This document shows positions 1-13,092 of a stretch of DNA of 64,000 nt, one piece after another. Source of the DNA: Saccostrea cucullata. Its lineage: Eukaryota. How positions within the stretch are numbered: the stretch's first letter is position 1; the number at the start of each line of letters is the position of its first letter. A program made the position numbers and the translations under genes. The notes beneath the pieces were generated by a model that did no database searches, was not told the origin of the DNA, and worked only from the letters and a program-made list of their open reading frames with translations. Location: contig NW_026929448.1 in the NCBI RefSeq assembly GCF_032062105.1, forward strand, positions 248,001 to 312,000, in the 5' to 3' direction.

Positions 1-504
1 AATTAAAAAGACATCCCAAAAGATGGCGCACCCAGTCTGTACAAGTCATGTAGTGTCAACACCAGTAAGGAGATGATGTGTTTTAGTGACTTTCCAATTC
101 CGAAAGAGTTTCCTAATTTCATGAATCACGTTTACTTCATGAAATACCTTGATTTGTACGCCAAAAAGTTTAAATTAAGAAAATACATTATATTTCAACA
201 TTCCATTGAAAGAATTCAGAAAGCAAACGATTTTCCTGAATCAGGCGACTGGGTGATAACAAGTGTTAATCTTCAAACTAGAAAGAAAGAAACTACTAGG
301 GTGAACTGTGTTTTAGCCTGTCATGGACATTTAAATGAACCGAATATTCCAAAATTTCCTGGTCTGGAGAAATTTAAACGAAAAGTTCTCCATACACATG
401 ATTATAAGGATTTCTACGGATACGAAGGAAAACGGATTTTACTGATCGGGAACGGTAACTCCGTTGTGGATGTCGCGTCAGAGCTGAGTCTCCACACAGA
501 ACAT
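1..504 (+). CDS. FMO: Flavin-containing monooxygenase, internal exon (5' part outside window); possibly disabled
   Basis: Frame 1 reads KDIPKDGAPSLYKSCSVNTSKEMMCFSDFP, an FMO-motif variant FKRKVLHTHDY and the NADPH motif IGNGNSVVD. GT donor at 505 (phase 0). In-frame TAA at 4-6. Confidence 0.88.
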
Positions 505-1053
505 GTAAGATACTATATTTAGTTTACAGATCTTAATGTCAATGGTTATCTAACCAAAAAGCTTTATGATTAACTTTTAACTGACGTCAAGTTCCCTTCA
601 CTATGCAGCAATATTAATTCATCTCCCGCATACGGAGTTGATATATCTCAATTGATTAGATGCACAAGAGCGTGCTTTACGTATAAACAAATTTCAAATC
701 GATATAAGTTATAGACATACGCGCTAGGTTTCTTTTTATGAAAATCGTGTTATATCGCATAATTTCCACGCATGTTAAATTTGCAATTCTCAAAAGCATA
801 TGTGCATATTTATTTTACGAAATGCACAACCCTTTTATATGGTTTTACTTTTTCGATTGTCTGAGGAACATTAAAGACATAACTTTAACGAATTGTCGAT
901 ATTCCTCTATATAATCGTAAGAAATACTTTTAAACGCTATAATGAAATTTTTGCGAGCTCATTTTACTTAATTACGCGAAAATTAAGTTCAAGCGAATAA
1001 AATATGATTTACAGTATATAAATGTATTCATTCTACTTAATATTCCTTTTCAG

Positions 1054-2064
1054 TTGTACATGTCCTCGAGGAAGGGGTTTTACGTAATTCAGAGAACGTC
1101 TCACGAGGGTCGTCCGTTTGATCACACCGCTGTCTGTCGCTTCAGACAGAACCTCCCCTGGTCTTTGATGCGGCCTGTCATGTACCACGGGGTGTACGGC
1201 AGGTATGACCATGACAAGTACGCCCTGTCCCCCAACCAGAGATTCAACGGAGGAACCGTCTCTATTAGCGACGACCTGCCAAATCGAATCATCTACGGAA
1301 AAATTACAATGAAAACTGGAGTTGAGCGATTCACAGAGAACGGTGCTGTTTTCATTGATGGCACGGAGCTCAAAGATATCGATGTAATCGTTCTTGCAAC
1401 AGGCTATAAGTACAGCTTTGATTTCTTAGAAGAAGGAGTGATCAATCTCGATGATGCATTTCCGTATCTTTATGATTTAGTGTGGCCGGTGGATCTTCAG
1501 CCAGCGACCTTGGCTGTCATTGGTCTCGTTCAACCATTTGGACCAGTTCCACCGATCCTAGAGATCCAGGCTCGATGGGCTGCGCGCGTTTTCGCTGAAA
1601 AATGTCAGCTTCCTTCTGTGGCTAAACGCGTAGCAGAAGTAGATCAGAATTATGTTTTATCAAAGGGACGCTTTGGCATCGAGTCATCGAGATATACCAT
1701 TATCGTTTTTTTCATACAGTATATCGACAAAATTGCAGGGTACATCGGATGCAAACCTCCATTATGGCGGCTCTTTTTCTCTGACAACACCCTCTGGAGA
1801 AAGATTTATTTCGGAGGTGCAACTCCTCCACAATGGCGTCTGAATGGTCCAGGAAAGTGGGAGGGAGCTAAAGACGCGATAGAGCGAGTGGAAGAAAACA
1901 CGTGGTATCCCTTACAAACGCGTCAAGCTGGCAAAAACAGCAAGGAGGGGATCTATGAAGGGTGGATAAATCTTTTGAAGAAGATGATCTTAGGACTTTT
2001 GCTCTTGGTCTTTGTGAAATATATTTTGTCGAATGGCCACGTGACTTTCCCACAAAAAGCGTAG
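1054..2064 (+). CDS. FMO: Flavin-containing monooxygenase, last exon
   Basis: Pyrimidine-rich acceptor ttcctttttcag-like ending at 1053, in phase with the previous exon. LATGY motif, IGLVQPFG, EIQARW, GPGKWEGA and a hydrophobic C-terminal anchor. TAG at 2062-2064; AATAAA about 65 bp downstream. Confidence 0.92.
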   Translation: MYMSSRKGFYVIQRTSHEGRPFDHTAVCRFRQNLPWSLMRPVMYHGVYGRYDHDKYALSPNQRFNGGTVSISDDLPNRIIYGKITMKTGVERFTENGAVFIDGTELKDIDVIVLATGYKYSFDFLEEGVINLDDAFPYLYDLVWPVDLQPATLAVIGLVQPFGPVPPILEIQARWAARVFAEKCQLPSVAKRVAEVDQNYVLSKGRFGIESSRYTIIVFFIQYIDKIAGYIGCKPPLWRLFFSDNTLWRKIYFGGATPPQWRLNGPGKWEGAKDAIERVEENTWYPLQTRQAGKNSKEGIYEGWINLLKKMILGLLLLVFVKYILSNGHVTFPQKA

Positions 2065-2662
2065 ATCTTATCAGGTTTTTCTATGAAATCTGACGTAAAC
2101 ATATATTTTGTTTTTTACACGGATGAAATAAAGAAATTAAAGCAATACTTTTATCAATAATAATTTCAATCAATAACAAGAAAGTCTGCTATTGCAAGCC
2201 ATAGCGTTTGTCGCCCCGAACTGTACAAGACTTTCATTTTTTTGTATCACTAAAACAATACCCATTAGCTAAGCTTGGACTACCATCGATTCGTATCAGT
2301 CCTTTCAGTACTTTGATGTAAGAACCAAAGTTAAAGAATTTTCACTTTCCCCTGGTTCCCATGGCAATAATCGATTATTTGGGAATTTTAAATGCGAATC
2401 GCAAAACTACAATTACTAATCATTAAAATAAAAAAAAGTTTCATGACGAATGTTCAAGGGACCAGAGAGAACATTCGCGGACAAAATTCGTCACTTTTTG
2501 CAGGTTTCCATGGCAACGGTAGCCATTTTTGAAACTGAATGACTACACAACACAACTACAACCAGTGGTTGTCCTTTGACGAAAGTTTCAGGAATATTGT
2601 CCCTACCATCTTAGAGAAACAGCCTGGATAACAAAAACAGGCGTACAATCGCAATATGTCAT

Positions 2663-2903
2663 GGTCATTGAGCAGTGAGGGTTAGTTATCGTATTGCAGC
2701 TCTCCATCGGCTAGTGTTGGCGTCTCTCAGTGAAAAAGTCTCGAGAGATACGTTAAACAATTTATAATCAATTAGTCAAATGGCGATCGCATGTCGCAGA
2801 AACAGTTGTTTAATCTCTCTCGAGATTTTTTCACTCAGAGAGACGCCAACACTAGCCGATGGAGAGCTGCAATACGATAACTAACCCTCACTGCTCAATG
2901 ACC
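2663..2903. repeat. Long inverted repeat (about 98-bp arms) built from SINE-like sequence
   Basis: 2663-2760 is nearly the reverse complement of 2806-2903. The arms contain agtgaaaaagtctcgagaga...gttaaacaa, similar to the SINE tail at 6838-6870. Confidence 0.8.
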
Positions 2904-3047
2904 CTGAGTGCTGAGTAAAGGACAGGATTTGAAGCCCGTCACCGGTATATGGTGACGACTCAATGTGAGTAAAAAATGATCGAATTCAACGTACAGACAA
3001 CATATAGTTATTCAGACTAAGAGTTAGTAGAACTTTGCATAATGGAT

Positions 3048-3842
3048 TTAAAGACACGTTTTCGTAAAATTGGTATTTAGAGATCTAATTTAACTCTAGA
3101 AAATGAAGGGAAACGTCTAAATATTAACGAAATTAAAATGGTTTTATTTTGTTATGATGTACCTGTCATTTTGATTAAAATATGTTTAAAAAACATATAC
3201 CGTGAATATTATGTGAAATTCAAATGGAGTTCAGTTAATTAAACAGGTATGCTAGTTTATTTTCATCGCTTATATTCTCTTTTGAAGACAGTCAGCTATA
3301 AGCGAATCCCGGTCGGCCTTTCCTCTGTCGTTCCTGACAAAAACACTGCAGCAAAACAACAATAAGCTGGATATTTCAAAACATAATATTTGTACAGATG
3401 GAAAGGTTGCCTTCTGACAAACTTGGAAAGTTCTGCTAGAATCCCGAGTTAAGCATGGTTTTACAAAAACTCTCGGTTCATATGCATAAAATTCAAAACA
3501 TCGGGTAAGGTTTACTGCGCATGTGTCGAATAATTATTTTACTGACAGGACATTGGGAATCTAGCAGCACTTTTTATACAAAATAGTTGTTTTTCGACTA
3601 TATTATTTACTCCAAGAATTTGTAAAACTCCGGAGTATTGTTTTCTTGAAGCTTTTTTATTAAGGTAAATGGAAGTCACTTGATGCAGTGTTGGTGGTGC
3701 ACGTGTTTGCGTTAGACACTCTTTTATCTTTATGCAAAAGTTAATGATAGTTTACTTATATCAGTGTCTTCGGTAAATTATTAAACTTAATTTTCTGTAA
3801 AAAGTCCTAATTTCCCGAGAAATGATTTATATGCTTCCTTAA
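3048..3842. repeat. Dispersed repeat family copy (paralogue at about 55510-56523)
   Basis: Colinear similarity to 55510-56523 (e.g. ttggtatttagaga...aactctagaaaatgaa; gaatcccgagttaagcatggttttac). TTAA at both ends. Confidence 0.7.
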
Positions 3843-6038
3843 CATACCCGCGCAGAACCAGAAAGGAGCCGATAACTTTTGACTATCAGAGGAGGCGCAA
3901 TTTTATTTGATGTATCTGTTAATAAAAAAGTGAGCTTTTACGGTTCTAAAAAACCAGATATAACACAAAATTGTTTGAAAATATATCCAACGTAATGTGC
4001 AAAACAGTGATCATCAGAAATTTTAGTGCATGGGTCTCAAAAATAATTCAGGAAAAAGGTAAACCGCTGTAGCTTATCGTAGAAAGGTAATTGTTGTCAT
4101 AGAAACTGAAATTGAAGTGTTGAATACTTCCGACATAAAATAATAATTTTGAATATATGTTGATTAAAATGATACATGAAATGTTGATGTAACCTGTGTT
4201 GTAATTTTTCTATTTTACGTTAAAAGTGTTACATATATTGGGAAAAGGTTTGTCCGGTTGAAATTGTGGACAAATTCTCTTGTGTGAAACATAATCTTCA
4301 TTAAGGATATCCGATCCTCAGCCAGGAAGGATAACTCCAAACATTGATATTTAATTTGAAATGCATAGATGCTTTATGCCAAATTTGGTTGAAATTTGTT
4401 CAGTGGTTGCAGAGAAGAAGCTGAAAATGTTCAAATGTTAACGCACAACTCACGACGCACGACGACGGACGAAAACAGATAGCAATAGGTCCTCTGAGTT
4501 TACTCAGGTGACCTAAAAAAAAGGTATGGCTTATATCATGGAGAGTGTGTTATGGCCTTGAATCAAGGTCATTTAGGATGAGATATTTTGACTGGATGCA
4601 TTGTTTGAAAAAAACCTGTGTGAATTTGTCAATACAATAGCGCATACAAATGGGGTATGCTCATCACCATCTTGTGTCATGGTGTGACCCAAGGTCATTT
4701 TGACAAGGTCAAGGTCGCAAACATTCCTTTACTATCACTTTTTTAATAGTAAAACATTATAAGATGATATCTACCCTTAAAAGATTGCTTTATCATTAGA
4801 ACGTGGCATGACCTCGACTCAAGGTCATTTCTCTCTGTCCGTAGCTCCGACGGAAGACCTACTCATTGCTTTGCAACGAGCTCGGCTCTAGTTATTTTTC
4901 TCTTTTACTTCAGTTAAAATTTCCTAAATATGTAGGCCGATTTTGCACCTTCGTGGCTTTACTTCTTTGGTGATTTTAGCCCCTCTTCTCAGGTTCCAGA
5001 AGGAGGGGGAGAAACCATTAAATTCACATATTTTTCTTTCCCCTTCACCCATAGATGCTGTATACAAAATTTGGTTCAAATTGATTACGTAGTTTCAGAG
5101 AAGAAGCTAAAAATGTTAAAAGTAAACTACCGACTTACGACCTACGACTGACAACGTAATGCGTACGATAACGAACAAAAAACAGATAGAATAGGTCTCC
5201 TGAGTTTACAACAATAATCAACTATAGTTTGCAATTGTTAACTTTAAATGGACAATTTTACCTGATTTATGCCATTTTGTACTATACATGTAGTAAATCA
5301 AAGATTAAAAGATTTAACTATAGAAAATCATCGTTCCAAAGCTTTCACTACAGTCAATAAAAGCTATATACAACGTCCTTATTTTGATCTGATTGTGCAG
5401 GTGTTGGAATATAGTCGGTTCCATTACTTTCACAAAACAACTTAAGAAGGACACAGGACTATTAATACATATTATAAATTGTAAATTGTTTAACGCCGAG
5501 TCGGCAATTTTCAGCCATGTTTCGGCGGAACACAAAATGGAATGATTATACATAATGGAAAGATCGTCTTCCTTAAATAAAAATAACCTATTGCGTTGGA
5601 AATATATCATTTTAAAGGAAAACTACAATTAAATTTTGTTAGTTAAACAATAAACATAACGATATTGCAGTATTTTACATTGTAGATTTCAACACCTTGT
5701 GATCAATCTAATGAAAAAATGTGTATAAATGAAAATGTAAGATTTTCAAATATGTACTAGAATGCATCACAAAATGTTCTTAACTTCTACAATTAGATGA
5801 CATACCATCATAATCCAGTATACATAATATGGGAGTAAGTTTTTTTGGCATTATGATATATTTTGAAATGTTATATTTTCTTGACTTTTCTAAGTTTGAC
5901 CTCCATTTATGGTATTCAATATTTTAGTACTGTTAATGTACAGAATAACATTTTCCTGTGTATTCTTTTAGTGCTGTTATTAATTGGAAAAAAACGTCTG
6001 CTAACAGGTACATGCTATTTCTCTTGCATATACATGTA

Positions 6039-7265
6039 CACGGGTTGTTCAAAAAGTTTACTGACAATGACGTTTTTGTTAAAATTATATATTTATCAAA
6101 ATACTTCTTATTAAAAATCAAGTCAGAAAGATTAAATTTTTTTTATTGAACTTTATATTTTCGTAAAAAATTGGGTATTTAAAGGTCACGGATAGTGCGC
6201 ACGGACCAGTCTGATGTTGAGCTAATTTCATTAAAACGTCGAACATTTGGATATTGAATTTTTGATACATGTTCATGGACACAAACTTCATTTTTATTAT
6301 TACGTCACAATGAAAAGTGCTAACAATCATCTTTAAACATTGATTATATTTTTTTTTAATTTCTAAAATTCGAAACAATACACAATAATTTATGAGGGTC
6401 ATCAATATAAACTATGCGTATACACAGGCTGCACAGTTCAGCCCGATGTTGCACAACGTCATGAACAGAAATATCCACTTTCACGAAATATCAAGTTTTC
6501 AAATCCATGTTGTGTCTTCAAATTTGTAAGCACCGTTGAAAAATTCGTATGTACCCATCTCAAATCAATAAATTTAACATATCCTAATATCATCGAGTTC
6601 TTCGAGCAAATATTTTGTCTCTGACATCGTTTTAACCTTATTAAAACATAATTTTTTGATCGGACGACCGACGTCGCTTTTTCTGTCGAGTTTTGACACA
6701 TATTCGTTGAGGTTTTCGTTCAGATTTTTCCACTGTCTATGTATGTCGCCCGCGGAGCGCAGTGGTTAGAGCGTCTGCTCTAGAGTCTTGAAGTAAGGAG
6801 TCAATCCCTCCACCGGCAAGTGGATGTGTCTCCATATGAGTGAAAAATTCTCGAGAGGGACGTTAAACAATATATCAATCAATATAAAGAAACCCACTGT
6901 CTTTGTAGTAACTGATACTCAAGATATCAAAAAATGGTTATCTGGTTATAGCCTCTTTATTTGTGTTACATACATTTTTTTTATTAAGCTTTGATTTGAT
7001 TTATATAAAAAAAAATTCTAGTTTTCATGCAAACATTTGATTTCAAATTTTATGGCATTTTAACCTTGGTCCGTTTGCACTATCCTCGAAATTTTTAGAC
7101 CCCGGTTTTCATGGTTTTTACAAAAAATATAAAGTTACATCAATAAAATTTATATCTATCTTACTCTGTTTTTCATGAGAAATATTTTGATATACAAATG
7201 ACACAGAAAGAACCATTTATTAGAACAAAAACATCATTGTCCAGGAACTTTTTGGACCACCCTTG
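6039..7265. mobile_element. Non-autonomous Tc1/mariner-type element
   Basis: TA flanks on both sides; imperfect ~42-bp TIRs (cacgggttgttcaaaaagtt... / ...aactttttggaccacccttg); no transposase ORF. Confidence 0.65.
6745..6883 (+). mobile_element. tRNA-derived SINE, internally deleted
   Basis: A-box-like ggagcgcagtggttagagc head; tail ...gagtgaaaaattctcgagagggacgttaaacaa followed by caat repeats. Confidence 0.55.
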
Positions 7266-7592
7266 TACATATATAATATTCTGAAATACGCTAAATCAAA
7301 TCTACGCTAACTTGTTCAAAAGTCATTTCTGCGAAATATTGTACAGGCTTAATATAATCAAGTTGAATTATTGTCCTGTCCTTTAAAATAAAAAAAAACA
7401 AGTTAAATTCATGGTGATCATTGGCTCCATGGTTGGAATAAAAATATTAAATTGTCGGGAGTTTGGGGCTTGGATGAATTTCAGATCTAAGTACTAGATC
7501 CTAAGAATAAATTAATGGCTTTTTAAAAATGAATACAGACTGGTTTAATGATACACACATTCATGTAGTCATAGGTTCTATGAGTAATGCTC

Positions 7593-8270
7593 CTAATTTG
7601 AAGCATCTTTGCTTTTAAGCTTCAATACTGCTGTTTTTATTTCTTGCACATCAGACAGTATTGTCTTTACCATTTCATGCTGATCTTCCATTTTAATCTT
7701 TTCTATTACAGCATCTTCAGTTTCCTTTCTTAAGGTCAGTTTCTGAATTTCATTAAGGTTATCCAAGTATGTCTTTCCAGTGAAAGTTTCCAGTCTTTGG
7801 CAAATATCTACCATCATTGACCAGGTGTCATTGAATTCTGTCTGAGGGATGGAGGCTGAGCTCACATGTGCAGTCAAACTGTTACGGATTGACCTAATTC
7901 TCTCGATATCATCACCCACAGTCACATCTCCTGCTGCAGGCTCATCACCCCATTTTTGTTTTGTTGGTTTAGGAATCTTTTTGCAAATGTTTCTTATCAA
8001 TGTGTATGTTAAAGAAATATCAAAATCCTTATATCCGGAATGTTTTGCATCTGTCAAGTGTTGCTTTTGTTCAGGGCGCAATCTTACATAAAAGTTTAAT
8101 GATGCTTTTGCCTTGTTCTCAATAAGGGAAGGGGAAATCTCAATCTCTAGTATGTCTCGGCATGCCTGATTTAACACATCGTTTGTTGCCATTCCAAGTC
8201 TGGCAAATCTGGACCGGCCCCCAATGTCTTGTCCAGAAGCTGTCGAAGTGCTGGGATTACTCAGTGTTAT
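7593..8270 (-). CDS. Roco gene exon 8 (last): DZIP3/hRUL138-like HEPN domain plus helical tail
   Basis: Acceptor cttgttccag|ATA (phase 0). DFDISLTYTLIRN...WG.EP...VGDDIERIRSIRNSLTAH contains the HEPN R-x4-6-H motif. Stop TAG at 7593-7595. Confidence 0.85.
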   Translation of the reverse strand: MTLSNPSTSTASGQDIGGRSRFARLGMATNDVLNQACRDILEIEISPSLIENKAKASLNFYVRLRPEQKQHLTDAKHSGYKDFDISLTYTLIRNICKKIPKPTKQKWGDEPAAGDVTVGDDIERIRSIRNSLTAHVSSASIPQTEFNDTWSMMVDICQRLETFTGKTYLDNLNEIQKLTLRKETEDAVIEKIKMEDQHEMVKTILSDVQEIKTAVLKLKSKDASN

Positions 8271-8340
8271 CTGGAACAAGATTTCACCACATTTAGTTAA
8301 AAAAAAACCACGCATATTAGGAGGAAAATATAAAATAACT

Positions 8341-8343
<3 letters not shown>

Positions 8344-8380
<37 letters not shown>

Positions 8381-9672
8381 GCTTTGACCATTCTGTTCTT
8401 TACCAGATTTCATCCTTGTTATACATAATGCATCCCCACCCTACCCCACTGATCATAATTTAGACATTTTGAAATCTACACTACCCCATGATTCTTCCAT
8501 GGGCACATATGTTTCGGCTTTTTTTGGCCCAGTGGTTCCTGAGAAGAAGATTTTCAAAGATTTTTCCTATATATTTCTATGTAAAACTTTAATTCCCTAT
8601 AATGGCCCCGCCCTTCCCCCGGGGGTCATGATTCCTACAATTTAGAATTTACACTACCCCAGAATGCTTCAACATAAGCTTCACTTTTTCTGGCCCAGTG
8701 GTTCTTGAGAAGAAAATTTTCAAAGAATTTTCCTATATATTTCTAAATAAAACTTTGATTCCCCATTGTGGCCCCGCCCTTCCCCCAGGTGTCATTATTT
8801 GAACAATTTAGAAATTACATTATACCAGGATGCTTCCACATAAGTTTCAGCTTTTCAGGCCCAGTGGTTCTTGAGAAGAAGATTTTCAAACATTTTTCCT
8901 ATATATTTCTATGTAAAATTTTGATACCCCATTGTGGCCCCGCCCTTCCCCTGGGGGTCATGATTTGAACAATTTAGAATCTACACTATACCAGGATGCT
9001 TCCACATAAGTTTCAGCTTTTCTGGCCGAGTGGTTCTTGAGAAGACGATTTTCAAAGATTTTTCCTATATATTTCTATATAAAACTTTGATTCCCCAATG
9101 TGGCCCCGCCCTTCCCCCAGGTGTCATTATTTGAACAATTTAGAATCTACATTATACCAGGATGCTTCCACATAAGTTTCAGCTTTTCTGGCCCAGTGGT
9201 TCTTGAGAAGAAAATTTTCAAACATTTTTCCTATATATTTCTATGTAAAACTTTGATACCCCATTGTGGCCCCGCCCTTCCCCTGGGGGTCATGATTTGA
9301 ACAATTTGGAATCTACACTATACCAAGATGCTTCCATATAAGTTTCAGCTTTTCTGGCCCAGTGGTTCTTGAGAAGAAGATTTTCAAAGATTTTTCCTAT
9401 ATATTTCTATATAAAACTTTGATTCCCCATTGTGGCCCCGCCCTTCCCCCGGGGGTCATGATTTGAACAATTTAGAATCTACACTACCCCAGGATGCTTC
9501 CACATAAGTTTCAGCTTTACTGGGCCAGTGGTTCTTGAGAAGAAGATTTTTTAATGACCCCACCCTATTTTTGTCTTTTCTTCATCATCCCCCCTTGCGA
9601 GGGGATATGTCCCTTCATTTTAACAATTTATATTCCCCTTTACCCAAGGATGCTTTGTACCAAGTTTGGTCA

Positions 9673-9709
<37 letters not shown>

Positions 9710-9727
9710 GTGAAAAGTTTACAGACG

Positions 9728-9759
<32 letters not shown>

Positions 9760-9779
9760 GACGGACGACGGACAAAATG

Positions 9780-9815
<36 letters not shown>

Positions 9816-9825
9816 AAGCTAAAAA
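8344..9825 (-). mobile_element. Non-autonomous Helentron/HINE (pearl/CvA-like) with ~166-bp tandem array and (GACG/GACA)n microsatellite
   Basis: End palindrome aacaagaggcccatgggcc plus subterminal gctcacctgag; about 6 monomers at 166-bp spacing; microsatellite 9722-9774; terminal hairpin gctcacttgagccttcggctcaggt. A/T-run insertion site, no TSD. Confidence 0.8.
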
Positions 9826-10051
9826 TCATATCTTGAATTGAAATTACATGGTATTTTATGGAAATGAAGATAGTTATTTGGATGTAAGTGGACGCAGTCA
9901 TTATTGAATAAATTAAATTTGAATGGTCTAAAAGGATCTCAATGTCATATAATCATACAATAAGAAATACTTTGTTAATTGGTTTGCAGTTGCTAAATGT
10001 ATGTTTTATGTATTGATGTAGACTAAGTATTTTACATTTCAGAATAATTAC

Positions 10052-11224
10052 CTGTTTCCAATATTTTGTTATATCTCCTTTGTTGATACGATGCTTTTTA
10101 TTCGCCGGACAGGATGGACAAAGAAAAGTTTCTTTGATAAACTTAGATTCACTAATGACAGCGCTTTCTTTGCTGTCACAAAATCCAGTGGATTTGCATT
10201 TGAATGCAACAAGGAATTCCGAGCTTTTCTGGAATGTGTTGGAGAGGTTATCTAATATACGCTCAATGTTTTCCCTAATCTGGTGACAGGTTGAAACATC
10301 AACTTCTCCCTCCACAACAAACACTTGCAACTGAATTTCTGTTTGAGTCATTCCAAGCATGATGTTATGGTGCTGGTCATGAAATACGAGAATAGCTGCA
10401 GTCTGGTAAATGCATCCTCTGTCTTCATCTGTAAAAATCTCCCAGTTAGGAATCTGCATGCACGTTGCTACAAGGCGATGGAAAATTTCAACAGGAAGAA
10501 CATCAAACGTGTAGCAAAGGATGGAGGAGGCAGGGTATGATGAAAAGCAGTCTACTGGAAATTGCATCTTGTTCATACAGGGGACATACCAAATTTTGTC
10601 GCTCTTTTTAGCTAAGAGTCCTAACTTCTCCATGTACATCATGATATCCTCTTTGTGCTCAAGGTAACCATTGTTGTTCATTCTCCATATGGCAGAGAGT
10701 AGTGCTTCATCTAACTCTCCAGTTTCATTGAATTTGTCCCATTCTGAGGCATATTCAAATAAATCTTCTTTTGCATGGTTTTTATCTGTTATGACATTTC
10801 TAAATGCATCTGCAAACCACTGAACGTCGAGGATAATAACTTTATTGAGGAATTGTTGATTGAAGTGCATAAGTTCTCTGATGTCATGGAAGAACTGCAG
10901 CATGGCATCCATATCTTCAATAGTATGGAGCTTTATTCCCTCAGGCAATGTTTCATTGAAAGCCTGAAGTTCAACCCTACTCAAAATCTTGCGAATTTTC
11001 TTTTCCTGAAAGAATGTTTCAAACATAGCCCATGACTGTGGAAGCTCTTCACCCCAGTGATCAAGCTTGCACACAACATCAGCAATGGACAGCTTAAGTT
11101 TTTCAATGCTTTTATTGTCATGGAATCCAACCGCAAATCGCCGTTTCACATCAATATGTTTTTGCAAAGACTTCTTCTTCATGTCAAGAGTCTTCCATAC
11201 TTCTCGGAAAAACAATTCTTTTTC
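10052..11224 (-). CDS. Roco gene exon 7: end of Roc, then COR domain
   Basis: Acceptor ttttcgttag|GAA, donor CAG|gtaatt. WGEELPQSW, LQFFHDIRELMHF, VIILDVQWF, WYVPCMN, LPVEIFHRLV are COR-type motifs. Confidence 0.85.
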
Positions 11225-11445
11225 CTAACGAAAACAAATTCTTCATTTTATTTTATGCTAACAAATTAGTCATAGTAAAATAATGTTCATAATCATACAA
11301 TGATTGTTATTGTTTTGTTCCCACAGAGTTTATGAAACACATTTATACCTGTTTATATTATATTAAATAGTTAGAGATCAGAAAAACCATGTCAAAGTAA
11401 AATATGCATGTGTAAACAATAAATAACAGTATTTAAAAATGATAC

Positions 11446-11543
11446 CTTCTCTGTTTTGTTCTCACTGTGTGTTCCAACCAGGATGACAGGAGCCTTATCA
11501 CTGCCATATTGATGAATGGACTTCATCCAGAATTCAAGATAAT
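11446..11543 (-). CDS. Roco gene exon 6: Roc G4 region (absent from the ORF track)
   Basis: 98-bp exon with ttttcag| and |gtatc sites; translates DYLEFWMKSIHQYGSDKAPVILVGTHSENKTEK; phase 1 in, phase 0 out. Confidence 0.85.
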
Positions 11544-11700
11544 CTGAAAAACAAAAAAAAAACATTCAGCTATAAGAGTTTTCTTTGAGATAGATTGCAG
11601 GAAATGATGGCGGACGTAAATGAAAAACTATATAGGTAAGAGCTATTTACAAGGCAGGGCATACATGTAACAAACTTATTGCCTTCGTGAGGCTGCAGAG

Positions 11701-13048
11701 AAAGGCCAATGGACCACATCGCTCACCTGAGCACTAGGGGTAGGAAAAGGTAAAAATTGGCTTTTTATTAGTTAAAAAGTAGTCCCATGACCAATCATGG
11801 ATTTGTCATTTTTTAGAAAATGATTTTTAAAGAATTTTCCTATATATATCTTTGAAAACTTTGTTCGGCCATTTTGATTTTGGCCCTGCCCTACCCCTGG
11901 GGGTCATGATTTGAAAAAACAAAATGAATCTACACTACCTGAGCATGCTTCCATATAAATATGATGAATTATGGTTTTGTCATTCTTGAGAAGGAGATTT
12001 TTAAAGAATTTTCCTATATATTTCTATGTAAAACTTTGGTCGGCAATTTTGCCCCCCCCCCCTCTTTCCCCCGGGGTCATGATTTGAATAAACTTGAATC
12101 TACACTACCTGAGCATGCTTCCATTAAATATGATGAATTATGGCTTTGCTATTCTTGAGAAAAAAAAAATTAAAGAATTTTCCTATATATTTCTATGTAA
12201 AACTTTGGTCTGCCAGTTTGGCCCTGCCCTACCCTCAGGGGTTATGATTTCAACAAACTTGAAACTACACTACCTGAGCATGCTTCCATATAAATATGAT
12301 GAATTGTGGCTTTGTCATTAAAATTCTTGAGAAGAAGATTTTTAAGGAATTTTCCTTTATATTTCTATGTAAAACTTTGGTCGACCATTTTCGCCCCGCC
12401 CTACCCCTGGGTGTCATAATTTGAACAAACTTGAATCTACACTACCTGAACATGCTTCCATATAAATTTGATGAATTATGGCTTTGTCATTCTTGAGAAG
12501 AAGATTTTTAAAGAATTTTCCTATATATTTCTATGTAAAACTTTCGTCGGCCATTTTGTCCCGCCCTACCCCGGGGGGTCATGATTTGAATAAACTTGAA
12601 TCTATACTACCTGAGCATGCTTCCATATAAATATGATGAATCATGGCTTTGTCATTCTTGAGATGAAGATTTTTAAAGAATTTTCCCATATATTTCTATG
12701 TGAAACTTTGGTCGGCCATTGTGGCCCCGCCAAAATCCCGTGGGTCATGATTTGAACAAATTTGAATCTACACTACCTGAGGATGTTCTTCCATAAGTTT
12801 CATCTTTCCTGGCACAGTGATTCTTGATAAGAAGATTTTTAAAATATGCCAAAAATTTTCATTTATTCCCAATTATCTCCCCTTGAATGAGGGCGTGGCC
12901 CTTCATTTGAACGAACTTGAATCCTCTTCACCCAAGGATACTTTGTGGCAAGTTTCTTTGAATTTGACCCAGCGGTTTTTGGGAAAAGTCGAAAATGTGA
13001 AAAGTTTACAGACAGCCGAACAGGAGACAGAAAGACGCCGGACAAAAC

Positions 13049-13092
<44 letters not shown>
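11701..13092 (-). mobile_element. HINE/Helentron-type element with satellite array
   Basis: Same terminal motifs (cacatcgctcacctgag; aaaagctcacttgagctttcagctcaggtgagct) and ~166-170-bp tandem monomers. Confidence 0.78.

Noticed and set aside
8271-8366. ORF-track extensions of Roco exons (also 9953-10051, 13103-13293, 22671-22900)
   Set aside because: They lie beyond clear splice sites and run into intron or HINE sequence.
8768-9822. Repeated short ORFs (also 11961-13092 and 17228-17515)
   Set aside because: Chance frames in HINE satellite and microsatellite sequence; they recur wherever the repeat occurs.
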